From: an uncultured Lentimicrobiaceae bacterium | GTDB lineage: Bacteria > Bacteroidota > Bacteroidia > Bacteroidales > 4484-276 | Direction of reading: 5' to 3' | DNA: 64,000 nt | NCBI GenBank assembly: GCA_964523795.1 | Contig: CAZGAO010000015.1 | Coordinates: forward strand, 1,695 to 65,694 | Part shown: positions 48,115-58,709 of the stretch, piece after piece | Numbering within the stretch: position 1 is the stretch's first letter | Layout: every line of letters begins with the position of its first letter | The notes under the pieces: generated by a model | What the model was told of the DNA's origin: nothing | Seen by the model: the letters and a program-made list of their open reading frames with translations, nothing else | Databases searched by the model: none | Position numbers and translations under genes: made by a program

Positions 48115-50052
48115 TTAGATTAATTCGACTTCTTCAATTTTTTCGAGAGTATCCGGGTTCAGGACTTCGATGGTAACGCGGTCGCCGTCGATATGAAAAA
48201 ACACGAGGGCATATTGCGTCGAAAATATTTCCACCTGATCCGACCAGGGCAATTGCTGCTGGGCATAATACGGCGCACCCGCAGCTCCGTTGGTTAACTG
48301 CCAAAAGGGTCGCGAAACCTTCAGATGCTCGTAAGGATAATCATCAGGATAGATATTGGTTTCGGCGGTAAGCTGCATCCGATTGTAATTGTGCTCATCG
48401 CCACACAACAACGCCAGCGTTTTTTGACTTTTGTTAATCAAAATATCGAGAAACTCATCCCGGCGTTCAATGATGCCTTTGTCCACCGGCTGGCCTGCAA
48501 CATAAGGGCGCACGCTGTTGTCGCCATTGTACCACATGTCGTTGTGGGCATGGCCGCCATTGGGAAAAGCCGGTGTATGAATCGTTACAAAAATATGGTC
48601 GATGTCATCATCGGTTTCCAGTTTGGCAATGATTTCTTCTAACCATGCCAACTGATTATCCATAATGTAACCATGTGGATTTCCCGAGCTAAGCGAAATA
48701 GTCTCTTGTGATGGTGCGTACCAGTAGTTTGAATTCAAGACCACCATCGCCACATTGGCATAGGTATAGTAAAATACCGATTCCTGATAGGAAGGAAAAT
48801 CGGTGGTAGCGGGATCGGGATCATAGGCTGAGCCGTCCTCACTTTGGAGACTTGCCGCCGGATTGACTACCACATCGGCAAAGACTGATTCAGCAGATTG
48901 GCTGTCCCAGGGAAACTTGTCGATGGAAGCCACCATTTCGTTATCCGCGACAAAATTGATGTTTAAAGCCTCGTGGTTGCCCATTCCCAAAATAAAGGGA
49001 ATACGATGGGCAAAGGGTTCGATACCCCGTTTAAAGTTTTGATACTGCAAAAGCATGTAATCTTTGTCGGTAGAATAACCGTTGATAAGGTCGCCGGTAA
49101 ACTGCAAAAAATCTGCGTTTTTGGCCAGGGTCAAGGCTGCTATTTTTTTTACAATATAAACATTCGAACCATAAAGGTTGCGTTCGCCACCACCTTTTCC
49201 GGCTCGGCTGTCGCTGGCAAAGGCAAAGGTGAAGGCCTGGCGCGAACCTTTTTCGGGTGCAGTTTTAAGTTCCAATTCGCGGCGGTAGTCGTCCACGAGC
49301 AAAGTGTATTTGTATTTTGTATCCGCCTTCAGGCCGTCAATTACAATTTCGTGATTCGTGCGCTTACCCCGGTTTTTAAAAGTTTTTCCATTGATTTCTA
49401 TTTCAGCTTTGCTATCAAAATTTGTGGTAAAACTAAGGATGGCAGAGTGTGGTCCCAGCTGGCTAAGATAAGGGCCATCGATAACAGTTACTGCATTGCT
49501 AAAGGGAAAGGCTCCAGATAAGCGCACACGCCCATCGTAAATAAAACTTCCATCGTAAAACACAATACGATAGCCAAGCAGGGTTTGGCCGCTGGTTTCC
49601 CAGTTGGTAAAATCATATTTGCCACGCAGGGCAGCCATGGGTATCACCGCCTTGCCCCCGCTGATGACGGCCGGCTTTTTAAAATAAACAGGCTGCGGAA
49701 AGTTTATACCCTCCTCGTTTATCAATCCATAATAAATCAGGCCTTCAAAGCCCGGTGCCTGAAAATCAAACTCCACGCCTGCATCGGTGGCCACAGGGTT
49801 GATTTGAAATTCGCTATAGCGAAATTCTTCGATATCAACGGCATAAATGCTATCACCGGTTTCGGGATGCAGGAAATAAATCTGCCCGGCATCGTCCACA
49901 AATATGTTGGAATAGCTTTTCGGAATCTCCCCGGCATGGCTGATTCTGGGCAAGTGATCCTGCGGAACCGTATTCATGTTTCGCTTAAGGATAAAGCCGG
50001 TAAAGAGAAGGAATAGCGTGAGGACAGTCAGAAATAAGTGGCTTCTTTTCAT
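48115..50052 (-). CDS. Secreted metallophosphoesterase with FN3-like domain (purple acid phosphatase-like)
   Basis: Signal peptide; SDSR, TGDL, GNHE, HTP, GDEHNY motifs; ATG 50052. Confidence 0.85.
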   Translation of the reverse strand: MKRSHLFLTVLTLFLLFTGFILKRNMNTVPQDHLPRISHAGEIPKSYSNIFVDDAGQIYFLHPETGDSIYAVDIEEFRYSEFQINPVATDAGVEFDFQAPGFEGLIYYGLINEEGINFPQPVYFKKPAVISGGKAVIPMAALRGKYDFTNWETSGQTLLGYRIVFYDGSFIYDGRVRLSGAFPFSNAVTVIDGPYLSQLGPHSAILSFTTNFDSKAEIEINGKTFKNRGKRTNHEIVIDGLKADTKYKYTLLVDDYRRELELKTAPEKGSRQAFTFAFASDSRAGKGGGERNLYGSNVYIVKKIAALTLAKNADFLQFTGDLINGYSTDKDYMLLQYQNFKRGIEPFAHRIPFILGMGNHEALNINFVADNEMVASIDKFPWDSQSAESVFADVVVNPAASLQSEDGSAYDPDPATTDFPSYQESVFYYTYANVAMVVLNSNYWYAPSQETISLSSGNPHGYIMDNQLAWLEEIIAKLETDDDIDHIFVTIHTPAFPNGGHAHNDMWYNGDNSVRPYVAGQPVDKGIIERRDEFLDILINKSQKTLALLCGDEHNYNRMQLTAETNIYPDDYPYEHLKVSRPFWQLTNGAAGAPYYAQQQLPWSDQVEIFSTQYALVFFHIDGDRVTIEVLNPDTLEKIEEVELI

Positions 50053-50056
50053 GATC

Positions 50057-51418
50057 TTACTTATCAATTGAAACAGTTTTGATATTCACAAACTCCCGGA
50101 TGCCATAATACGAAAGCTCGCGACCATAGCCCGAATTTTTGATACCTCCAAAGGGAAGTCGCGGATCGGATTTAGTCATGGCGTTTACAAAAACGGCTCC
50201 CGACTCTATGCGCCGCGCCAGTGTTTCGCCGCGTTTTATATCCTTCGTCCAGATGCTGGCACCCAGGCCGTAGTTACTTTTATTGGCCAGGATTATGGCT
50301 TCTTCTTCATCTTTGGCTTTTATGACCGCCATCACCGGGCCGAAAGTTTCTTCATCGAAAAGCGTCATTTCTGGCTTAACATCAATAACCAGGGTGGCCT
50401 CATAATAAAACCCTTCGCCATCGATGCGCTTGCCACCCAAAAGAAGTTTTGCTCCGGAAGCGATCGACTTTTGCACCTGGACATTTAAATCCTCGAGAAT
50501 GTCAGGACGAGCCAGCGGACCATAATCCGTTTCGGCATTTTCCGGATTGCCGGTTTTCATGTTTTTAATTAATTGGCTTGCTTTTTCAACAAAGGCCTCA
50601 TAAACCTCTTGAACCACAATAAATCGCTTGGCAGCAATGCAACTTTGGCCTGCATTGATCATCCGGGCTTTAACGGCAGCTTCCATGCACTTATCCAAAT
50701 CAGCATCGGCAAGCACAATGTAAGGATCAGAACCTCCAAGCTCAAGCACCATTTTCTTGAGTTCCTTTCCAGATTGCTCCGCTACTTTTCGACCAGCACT
50801 TTCGCTACCGGTGAGTGTTGCAGCCATAATTTTTTTATTTTGGATAAGATGATGCACCTCCCTGCCACCAATCAGGCAGGTACGGAAAATATTTTTGGGG
50901 AAACCGGCATCTGCAAAAAGTGCTTCGATGGCCAGGGCGCAGCCCGGAACGTTGGAAGCATGTTTTAATACTGCCGCATTGCCTGCCATCAGCGCAGGAG
51001 CAGCAAAACGGAAAACCTGCCAGAAGGGAAAATTCCAGGGCATCACTGCCAAAACCGGACCCAGAGGCTCGAAGGCTACCAGACTGCGAAAAGCATCGCT
51101 TTCGATAATTTCATCCTGCAAAAAGGTAGCAGCGTTTTCGGCATAATAACGGCAAACCCACGCCGACTTTTCTACTTCGGCCTCAGCTTCGCCAATTATC
51201 TTACCCATCTCGCGGGTGATTAGCAAGCCCAGTTCATGTTTTCGTTCATCAAGCAAATCGGCGAGCCTGTGAATCAAAGCTGCCTTGTATTCAAAACTTC
51301 GGGTTTTCCAATCATCCCAGGCATGGTAAACCTGATCGATGATTTCGTTGCATTGGGCAACCGTGTGCTCGGTGTAAGTGTCGATTATTTGACCCGTGGC
51401 CGGATTAATACTTTTCAT
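50057..51418 (-). CDS. NAD(P)-dependent succinate-semialdehyde dehydrogenase family
   Basis: MPWNFPFWQ, LKHASNV, LTGSE.AG, LELGGSD, GQSCIAAKR, EETFGP, PFGG.K.SGYGRE. Confidence 0.93.
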   Translation of the reverse strand: MKSINPATGQIIDTYTEHTVAQCNEIIDQVYHAWDDWKTRSFEYKAALIHRLADLLDERKHELGLLITREMGKIIGEAEAEVEKSAWVCRYYAENAATFLQDEIIESDAFRSLVAFEPLGPVLAVMPWNFPFWQVFRFAAPALMAGNAAVLKHASNVPGCALAIEALFADAGFPKNIFRTCLIGGREVHHLIQNKKIMAATLTGSESAGRKVAEQSGKELKKMVLELGGSDPYIVLADADLDKCMEAAVKARMINAGQSCIAAKRFIVVQEVYEAFVEKASQLIKNMKTGNPENAETDYGPLARPDILEDLNVQVQKSIASGAKLLLGGKRIDGEGFYYEATLVIDVKPEMTLFDEETFGPVMAVIKAKDEEEAIILANKSNYGLGASIWTKDIKRGETLARRIESGAVFVNAMTKSDPRLPFGGIKNSGYGRELSYYGIREFVNIKTVSIDK

Positions 51419-51460
51419 TTTGCTAATGATGATTATTTTTGCGAAAATACAAAATTAAAA

Positions 51461-52123
51461 TTGACACATACAAATATCAAAGACCTGAAAAAGGTAAAGG
51501 CCATAATCTGGGACTGGAACGGAACCCTGCTCGATGACCTCGAAATTAGTATAGCAGCGATGAACCGGATGCTGAAAAAGCGAAACAGCCCCTTGCTCGA
51601 AAAGGAGCAATACAAAGAAATATTCACCTTTCCGGTGCGGGATTATTACACACATGCCGGCCTCCACTTTGCCGAAGACGAATGGGATGCGGTGGCGATG
51701 GAATTTATCGATAACTATCGCGATACTGTTAAGGCTGCCTGCTTCCACACCCAAAGCAGCGATTTGCTGCGCTACCTCGCGAAAGGCCAATACCGGCAAT
51801 TTGTGCTTTCGGCCATGCAGCAGGACTTCCTCACCGAAACCATCGGTCAACGGATCGACCTGAACCTGTTCGAGGAAATTGTAGGGCTTAACAATCATTA
51901 CGCACATACCAAGGTGGACAATGCCATTACCCTGGTAAAAAATACCGGATTGAACAAGAATGAAATTGTGATGATTGGGGACACACTCCACGATTTTGAG
52001 GTAGCTGAGGCGGTAGGCACCGCCTGTATTTTGTTTGCCGGCGGCCATCAGTCGCGAAGCCGCCTCGAAACATCCGGGACGCTGGTGATAGAGGAATTGG
52101 ACGAATTGAGGAAGTGGCTTTAG
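51461..52123 (+). CDS. HAD family hydrolase (phosphoglycolate phosphatase-like)
   Basis: IIWDWNGTL, LSA, K, IGDTLHD; TTG 51461 after TATTTTTG at 51434-51441. Confidence 0.88.
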   Translation: MTHTNIKDLKKVKAIIWDWNGTLLDDLEISIAAMNRMLKKRNSPLLEKEQYKEIFTFPVRDYYTHAGLHFAEDEWDAVAMEFIDNYRDTVKAACFHTQSSDLLRYLAKGQYRQFVLSAMQQDFLTETIGQRIDLNLFEEIVGLNNHYAHTKVDNAITLVKNTGLNKNEIVMIGDTLHDFEVAEAVGTACILFAGGHQSRSRLETSGTLVIEELDELRKWL

Positions 52124-52233
52124 GGTGTTGTTTCCTAAAAGGATCTTTTTTTTTTTGACGTTTCGAGATCCTGCGGATGCTCGAAAGTCAGGGGGAAAAT
52201 TTCCCACAGAAACTTTAGAATGAAAATGTAGGT

Positions 52234-52959
52234 TTACTCTTTCTTAGGTTTAATCTCTATCAAACTTTCCTGGCCGGTTTTAATTCCCCGATCATAATAT
52301 TCAACCCTTTGCAATTCGCCTTCCTCGTTATAGTAATTCCATTGTCCATTCATCAGTCCCATCACATATTTGCCGGCAGCCTGAGCCCGGCCATTTTTAT
52401 GATAATAAGTAATGGTGTCATTCAGGGTATCGTTCCGGTAATAGCCCTCGGTTTTTAGAATTCCATTTTTAAAATATTGCAGCCAGCGGTTTTGCCTCAT
52501 GCCATTGCCATATTCTATCAACTCAGATGTATCGCCATTTTGATAAAAAGTAACAAAGGCTCCTTCGAGCACATTTTCCAGATAGGTTTCGCTGGTAAGC
52601 ATTTGCCCGAATTTATCATAAAAAAGCCATTGACCTTCCTTCTTCTGATTTTTGTAGCTTCCTTCCGACATCTTAAAACCATTGGGATGCAAAGTAGTGG
52701 TGTGGGCATCGCTACCCAGATTGGAAAGTATGGAAGTAGCTTTTAATTTGCCATCGTCATAATAATAGCGAAAGGTTCCGTTTGGAATATCATCAGCAAA
52801 ATTCCCTTCGTATTTAATGTGTCCCTTTGCATCTTTCTTTCGCCAAAATCCCTGCTTCAGCCCCTGCTCATCAACCTTATTGATAGTATCGGCCTTTTGT
52901 GAAAAGACTGCCAACGGCATTATCAAAATCAAGAATCCTATCCAAATGCTATTTTTCAT
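52234..52959 (-). CDS. YwqK-like MORN-variant repeat protein with signal peptide
   Basis: Repeated G.W..YY.NG.L..EG.Y units. Confidence 0.85.
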   Translation of the reverse strand: MKNSIWIGFLILIMPLAVFSQKADTINKVDEQGLKQGFWRKKDAKGHIKYEGNFADDIPNGTFRYYYDDGKLKATSILSNLGSDAHTTTLHPNGFKMSEGSYKNQKKEGQWLFYDKFGQMLTSETYLENVLEGAFVTFYQNGDTSELIEYGNGMRQNRWLQYFKNGILKTEGYYRNDTLNDTITYYHKNGRAQAAGKYVMGLMNGQWNYYNEEGELQRVEYYDRGIKTGQESLIEIKPKKE

Positions 52960-53073
52960 TATAAAACCAAATTAATTATATGATAATTTTACGAAAGTAA
53001 ACGAACAATGGCAGGGTGTATTATTAAGCGCAACAAAACCATTACTTTTGCAAAAAATAAATCATTACACATT

Positions 53074-53703
53074 TTGAATAACTATTCGTCGAAACTACTG
53101 GAACAAGCTGTTGAAGAACTATCGAGATTGCCGGGCATTGGCAAGCGGACGGCCTTGCGCCTGGCGCTGCACCTGCTGCGCGAAGACAAAAACAGCGTGG
53201 AAGGCCTGAGTGCCGCGCTGGTAAATATGCGTCACAAGATAAAGCACTGCAAGGTGTGCCACAACATTTCGGATACGGAGCTGTGCAGTATTTGCAGCGA
53301 CCCCAAGCGCGACCGGTCCTTGATTTGCGTGGTGGAGGATATCCGCGATGTGATGGCCATCGAAAAAACTACCCAATATAGGGGCTTGTACCACGTACTT
53401 GGAGGCATTATTTCGCCCATGGACGGGATTGGCCCCAAAGATTTAAGCATCGAAAACCTGGTGGAACGTATCGAACAATCGGAAACAAGAGAGATAATTT
53501 TTGCCCTGGCGGCAACCATCGAGGGCGACACCACCAATTTTTATATCTACCGTCAGCTTAGCAAATTTGACCTCAATATTACCTCCATCGCGCGAGGTGT
53601 AGCTGTGGGCGATGAACTAGAATATGCCGATGAAATTACCCTTGGACGATCGATTCTTACACGCACGCCTTACGAAAACGCGATGCAAAAACACGCTATT
53701 TAG
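53074..53703 (+). CDS. recR: Recombination mediator RecR
   Basis: [14 protein letters not shown]......C..C Zn finger, [26 protein letters not shown]; TACTTTTG at 53043-53050. Confidence 0.97.
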   Translation: MNNYSSKLLEQAVEELSRLPGIGKRTALRLALHLLREDKNSVEGLSAALVNMRHKIKHCKVCHNISDTELCSICSDPKRDRSLICVVEDIRDVMAIEKTTQYRGLYHVLGGIISPMDGIGPKDLSIENLVERIEQSETREIIFALAATIEGDTTNFYIYRQLSKFDLNITSIARGVAVGDELEYADEITLGRSILTRTPYENAMQKHAI

Positions 53704-53901
53704 TGTCTGTCTTTTTAGTACGTTATTTGAATTATGAATTGCCCTGTCCTTTAGGGCAGGGTTTAAATTGGGAAGATGAAAAACCCCGCAATTTCGCAAC
53801 GCCTGCGGCGTTGCGAAATTGCGGGGGCTATTGGCAAGCTCATTTTTCCCCGGGTTAAAACCCGGGGCAATTCAAAACATCGACTTTATGGACAGACGCT
53901 A
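53701..53901. mobile_element. Miniature element with family-B termini but REP-hairpin cargo
   Basis: tagtgtctgtc...gacagacgcta; internal gaattgccc hairpins 53736-53761 and 53848-53873 (inverted) and a 20-bp perfect stem 53784-53826. Confidence 0.75.
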
Positions 53902-54153
53902 TTTAGTGTCTGTTCATAAAGTGAATACATTTCGATTTCCAGGTCTGTCAGTTAACGGACGTGGCTATTCATAATACAATAAACTTACTAAAAAGGCAAG
54001 CATTAGATGGTTTTGGAAGTGGAAGATCCAATACACATATTTCTATTGTTTTTATGGGAATTAAAAGAAAATGTTAATTATTTGCTGGGGTAAAATCCAA
54101 GCAATCGATCTTGTAATTGCTTTTATGGATAGTTATTGAAGAAAAGTGAAGTT

Positions 54154-54597
54154 TTATAAAAGCCCGTGGGTTCTCATTGCCTCTGCTAAATCAGCATTTT
54201 TGCGTGCAAAATCCCGAAGTACCGAGAGGACACTACTGGATTTTGTATCGGATTGTGCGGCTTTATCCAAGGCTGGTTTCAGGGCTGTCCTTCTATCCCA
54301 TATCATATAGCCCAACATAAAAATCATAAGCATGGCAATAAAAGTGATAAGCGAGAAAAGGTAATCGATCCTGTTATTTATGGCTTCAAATCTAATATCC
54401 ATTTGTGTTTCAAGTGCTTCAAATTTGATGTCCATTTTTGATTCCAGGGCATTCATCCGTATTTCCAGAGCTTCCATTTTTGCTTCAACCCTGATAACTC
54501 TGTCCCGATCGTCAAGGGTATAAGGAACTTCCTGGATTTGCGCATGGCTTGCCGAAAAAAGTCCAATCAAAAATATTATTAAAACTAACTTTTTCAT
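54154..54597 (-). CDS. Hypothetical coiled-coil membrane protein
   Basis: Signal peptide, periodic coiled coil, one TM; TATCTTTG box at 54616-54623 (-). Confidence 0.75.
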   Translation of the reverse strand: MKKLVLIIFLIGLFSASHAQIQEVPYTLDDRDRVIRVEAKMEALEIRMNALESKMDIKFEALETQMDIRFEAINNRIDYLFSLITFIAMLMIFMLGYMIWDRRTALKPALDKAAQSDTKSSSVLSVLRDFARKNADLAEAMRTHGLL

Positions 54598-54681
54598 ATT
54601 TAATATGATTTGGGGCAAAGATAAATTATTATTTTCAGATATTATTTAATCTTTCCCATGCGTGCTCCAAATACCTGTTTG

Positions 54682-55848
54682 CTAACGATTAATCAGCGAA
54701 ACGCTTAAAATTTTGCAAGCCATCTTGAGCAGGGACTTGTGCAAGCCAGGGATTACCAAATGATGATTTCCCAGCGGATGATGCTTGAGTACTTCGGCAT
54801 CCTGCTCGGCGATGCTCACCTCGATTTGGGTGCGGCAGGCGTGAGGGCTTTTGTGATTGGAAATGATCTTGCCTTCGCTGATAAAAACGCGATCGAGGGT
54901 ACTGTTGAAACGGAATAAGGTGATGTTTCCGAAGGGGAATTTTCCGGCAACGGCCGTTCCCTTGCCCGTTTCGTAATGGCTATCCACATCCACTTCTTCC
55001 AATAGATATGTGGGGGCGGTGCAATGTGCCAGACGCACACAGTCGAGGCTTACTTTGATAAGGTTGGCCATCCACGGGATAGAGCCTGTTATGGCTCGGA
55101 TAAACATCATACCGGCAGCACTACAAATATCGCCCTCGCATCCTGCGGGCACGCCGAGGTCGTTGAAATGCGACAGTGCTAAGCAAGCGGTTACTCCTTT
55201 ATTTTGCACCAGCGAAAAACATTCGATAGTCAGGGCATCCAGGTTTTCGCGTTCCACCACCTGCTTTAGTGCTTCGTAAACACGCCCGGCATCTTCGATG
55301 GACTTTTGTTGAGTTTCTGAAAATTTTTTCAGAAAGTCAACATCGGGATCAAAACCAGTATAATCGCTCACTTCGGCCCAGCTAATATTTTTAAGATTAA
55401 TACCCATTTTGCTTTTCAAAAGCGGGGCTTCAATGGTTGAGGTTAAAAGCCAGGGCGACACCTCACCGATCAGTCCCAGTCTTTGCTCTTGCAATTCCTG
55501 AATTCCTTCGCAGGCATCAAAAAAACGTTGGATAATCATCCGGTCGTGGGCTTCGTGCAGGTCGGTGAGCATGGCCGGAATGTTTTCATAGTCCAGAAAG
55601 GCTTTAAGCTCAGAGGCAGCCGCATACGAGTTGTTTTCCTCGAAGGCTGTGAGCAGGTAAAAATGCTTGCCTCTGATGTAGCGCAGGGCTTCCTTCTCAG
55701 AGCCACCGCTCAAAAATACAAGCATGTCAGGTTCGGGCGAGTAGAATTCAAATTGCTGATGGGGAAATAATTGTTTAAACTTTTCCTTTCCCTCTCTGAA
55801 GATGCTTTCAGGTGCATTGTGGAAGGCCAATAATTTTACATTTATCAT
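54682..55848 (-). CDS. L-fucose/L-arabinose isomerase-like protein (short form)
   Basis: LSGGSE, IECF, ACLAL..FN..G.PAGCEGD, AHCT, LGNH; TACATTTG box at 55866-55873 (-). Confidence 0.75.
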   Translation of the reverse strand: MINVKLLAFHNAPESIFREGKEKFKQLFPHQQFEFYSPEPDMLVFLSGGSEKEALRYIRGKHFYLLTAFEENNSYAAASELKAFLDYENIPAMLTDLHEAHDRMIIQRFFDACEGIQELQEQRLGLIGEVSPWLLTSTIEAPLLKSKMGINLKNISWAEVSDYTGFDPDVDFLKKFSETQQKSIEDAGRVYEALKQVVERENLDALTIECFSLVQNKGVTACLALSHFNDLGVPAGCEGDICSAAGMMFIRAITGSIPWMANLIKVSLDCVRLAHCTAPTYLLEEVDVDSHYETGKGTAVAGKFPFGNITLFRFNSTLDRVFISEGKIISNHKSPHACRTQIEVSIAEQDAEVLKHHPLGNHHLVIPGLHKSLLKMACKILSVSLINR

Positions 55849-55939
55849 CGCTTTTATTTTTTCAACAAATGTAGTTAATCTTAATGTAGGAAAGATTTAT
55901 TATTTTTATCAATGGAATGTTTTTGCAGATGTGTTCCTC

Positions 55940-56107
55940 TCAGGAGATTTCTCCTGCCGCGTTGCGACATCGAAATGACACTATCGGATTGGTTCGAGGG
56001 CTAGGGGAAGCGGGCGCGAAGTGCCCGATTCCCCTACCCCCAATCATTTCGTGGACGGTGTCATTTCGACCAAAACACACAGCGAAGTCCCGCACGTGCG
56101 GGACTTC
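55940..56107. repeat. REP-like hairpin cluster
   Basis: tcgaaatgaca 55970-55980 / tgtcatttcga 56059-56069; internal GC stem 56003-56033; perfect 24-bp palindrome 56084-56107. Confidence 0.75.
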
Positions 56108-56349
56108 ACTCCACATTACCTCATTATGCTCAATAAACTTGAGTTGTCTCTCGAATTGACCTTCTTCTAATTAATACAGATTTTGCTTGATGCAAACATT
56201 TCGGCGGATGCTTCGTTACTGCTTTCGGCAATGTTGATTTGTTTTATTTTTGCATTATAATTAGCAATTTGAATATTAAAACATTAAGACGGCAATTTAT
56301 TAATTAATAAAATGAAAATTTATTTTTTTACCCAAACCACCCTGGCACT

Positions 56350-58704
56350 TTGAAATTTATCCAATACTTATTCGTCCTGTTTTTTGCTTTGCTGCTTCCA
56401 AATGCTGGTCTGCGTGCCGAAAATGAAGGAGAAGCCAAGCGGCTTAACATTAGCGGGCACATTGCCGATGGCCAAAGTGGCGAGATGCTGATTGGTGCTA
56501 CCGTGTATGTGGATGAACTGCAAACCGGCACAGCCACCAATCTTTACGGTTTTTACGCAATCAGTCTTCCACCTGGAAAATATTCTCTGCATTATTCCTA
56601 CATTGGCTATGAGCGCGTAAGCAAGGTGATAAGCCTGAATAGCGATTTAACGCTCGATGTTGAACTAAGCCCCGCTGACCAAACGCTGGATGAGGTGGTA
56701 ATTACCGGCGAACGGCAGGACAAAAATGTGTCGGCTGCAGAGATGAGCGTGGTGAAGATCGAATCCAAAACCATCAAAGAAATTCCCGCACTCTTTGGCG
56801 AAACCGACCTGATTCGCGCTATACAGCTTTTGCCGGGCGTAAAGCCGCTGGCCGAAGGCTCCACAGGTTTCAGCGTGCGTGGGGGCAGTGCCGATCAAAA
56901 CCTGATACTCCTCGATGAAGCTCCGGTTTATAATGCAGGCCACCTGCTGGGGTTTTTCTCGGTGTTCAACAACGATGCGGTGAAGGATGTGAAACTCTAC
57001 AAGGGCGACATTCCTGCTTCGCAGGGCGGACGGCTATCATCACTGCTGGATGTGCGCATGAAAGACGGGAACCTGAAAAATTTTTCGGGTACCGGTGGGG
57101 TAGGTTTAATTTCGAGCCGCCTTACCCTGGAAGGTCCGATTATTAAAGATAAAACCTCTTTTATCGTTTCGGGCAGACGTACTTATGCCGACTTGTTTAT
57201 CCCGCTCTTTGGTAATGAAGACCTGGACGGGAGCAAACTTTATTTTTACGATTTAAATGCCAAGATAAGCCACATCATCAACGAGAACAATCGGATTTTT
57301 GCTTCGGCCTATTTTGGCAGCGATGTTTTTAAAAATGAATTCGCAGGTATGAATTTGGGCAATAATACGCTTACGCTGCGGTGGAATCATTTGTTCTCGA
57401 AGAAGCTATTTTCCAATTTTACCTTTTTGAGATCGCGTTATGCCTACAGCCTGGGTACGCCCGAAGGTGAGGCCAGCTCGTTTGAGTGGAAGTCGAAGCT
57501 GGTGGATTATTCGGCCAAGGCTGATTTTACCTGGTACCTCAACACCGACAACACCATTAAATACGGAGCTTCATTCATCCATCATACTTTTGAGCCTGGC
57601 GAAGCCCGTGGCCTGGGTGAGGAAACGTTTTTTAATGCCTTCCAAATTCCACGCAAGTATGCGCTTGAATCGGGCGTGTATATCAGCAATGAACAAAAAG
57701 TGGGTGCCTTGCTCACGCTCAAATACGGGCTGCGCCTTTCGATGTTCAACAACATTGGCCCGGACACGCTGTACAATTACGATGAAAATTATCAGATGGC
57801 CGACTTCGAAAGTATTGCTGCCGGCAAAGTTTACAATACCTATTTCCACCTGGAACCCCGCGTAGGTTTTACTTATCTGCTTAGCGAAGTCTCATCCATT
57901 AAGGGGAGTTATTCGCGTACGGCGCAATATGTGCAACTGGCGCAGAACTCAACGGCTGGCACGCCGCTAGACATCTGGTTTCCGGCAAGTCCTAACGTTA
58001 AGCCGCAAATTTCGGATCAGGGTGCCCTGGGTTATTTCAGGAATTTTGATAAAAACACCTACGAGGTTTCGGCGGAGGTCTATTATAAAACCATGCAAAA
58101 TGCCATCGACTTTAAAGATCACGCCGAACTGCTTTTGAACAAGCAACTTGAAGGAGAGCTAAGATTTGGTACCGCCGTTTCGTATGGCCTGGAGCTGATG
58201 GTACGCAAACAGCAGGGTAATTTAACCGGATGGGTGAGCTACACCCTGTCGAAGGCCCAGCGCACGATTGCCGAAATTAACGATGGGAAAAGCTACAACG
58301 CGCCCTACGACAAGCCTCACGATATTTCGGTAGTGCTCAACTATAATATTAGCAAAATACTGGTTGCCGGGCTTAACTGGGTTTATTCTACCGGACTGCC
58401 CGTTACCTTCCCCACCGGACGCGCCGTGTGGGGCAACAAAATTGTTCCTATTTATTCTGACCGCAACGACTACCGCATGCCCGATTACCACCGCCTGGAT
58501 GTCTCGCTTACGTTAAAGCCCATCCAAAAGCCCAATCGTAAATGGCATGGCGAATGGAACCTCTCGGTGTATAACGCTTATGCACGCAAAAATGCCTGGG
58601 TTATTAACTTTGAACAGGATCCTAACGATCCTTACCAAACCTTTGCCGAAGCAACTTATTTGTTTTCGATCATCCCCAGCATCTCTTACAATTTTAATTT
58701 TTAA
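56350..58704 (+). CDS. TonB-dependent receptor (carboxypeptidase-regulatory-like N-domain, plug, barrel)
   Basis: ATNLYGFY, VRGGSADQNLILLDEAPVYN, YHRLD, terminal YNFNF. Confidence 0.94.
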   Translation: MKFIQYLFVLFFALLLPNAGLRAENEGEAKRLNISGHIADGQSGEMLIGATVYVDELQTGTATNLYGFYAISLPPGKYSLHYSYIGYERVSKVISLNSDLTLDVELSPADQTLDEVVITGERQDKNVSAAEMSVVKIESKTIKEIPALFGETDLIRAIQLLPGVKPLAEGSTGFSVRGGSADQNLILLDEAPVYNAGHLLGFFSVFNNDAVKDVKLYKGDIPASQGGRLSSLLDVRMKDGNLKNFSGTGGVGLISSRLTLEGPIIKDKTSFIVSGRRTYADLFIPLFGNEDLDGSKLYFYDLNAKISHIINENNRIFASAYFGSDVFKNEFAGMNLGNNTLTLRWNHLFSKKLFSNFTFLRSRYAYSLGTPEGEASSFEWKSKLVDYSAKADFTWYLNTDNTIKYGASFIHHTFEPGEARGLGEETFFNAFQIPRKYALESGVYISNEQKVGALLTLKYGLRLSMFNNIGPDTLYNYDENYQMADFESIAAGKVYNTYFHLEPRVGFTYLLSEVSSIKGSYSRTAQYVQLAQNSTAGTPLDIWFPASPNVKPQISDQGALGYFRNFDKNTYEVSAEVYYKTMQNAIDFKDHAELLLNKQLEGELRFGTAVSYGLELMVRKQQGNLTGWVSYTLSKAQRTIAEINDGKSYNAPYDKPHDISVVLNYNISKILVAGLNWVYSTGLPVTFPTGRAVWGNKIVPIYSDRNDYRMPDYHRLDVSLTLKPIQKPNRKWHGEWNLSVYNAYARKNAWVINFEQDPNDPYQTFAEATYLFSIIPSISYNFNF

Positions 58705-58709
58705 TATCC

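Noticed and set aside
51236-51460. Long N-terminal extensions in the ORF track (HAD 51236, LRR 32988, recR 53008, coxIII 29249, 35241)
   Set aside because: They overlap neighbours or promoter boxes; downstream starts fit family lengths.
52234-52959. YwqK-like gene as part of a toxin-antitoxin or contact-dependent system
   Set aside because: No adjacent toxin; signal-peptide MORN-variant proteins are common standalone Bacteroidota genes.
53904-54150. Transposase remnant after the second TAGTGTCTG end (also 16820-16990, 59730-59838)
   Set aside because: Partial translations show no recognisable DDE, Y1 or GIY-YIG motifs; a tBLASTx search would be needed.
55981-56040. tRNA-like GGTTCGA motif
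   Set aside because: No cloverleaf, acceptor stem or anticodon arm; part of a REP mosaic.
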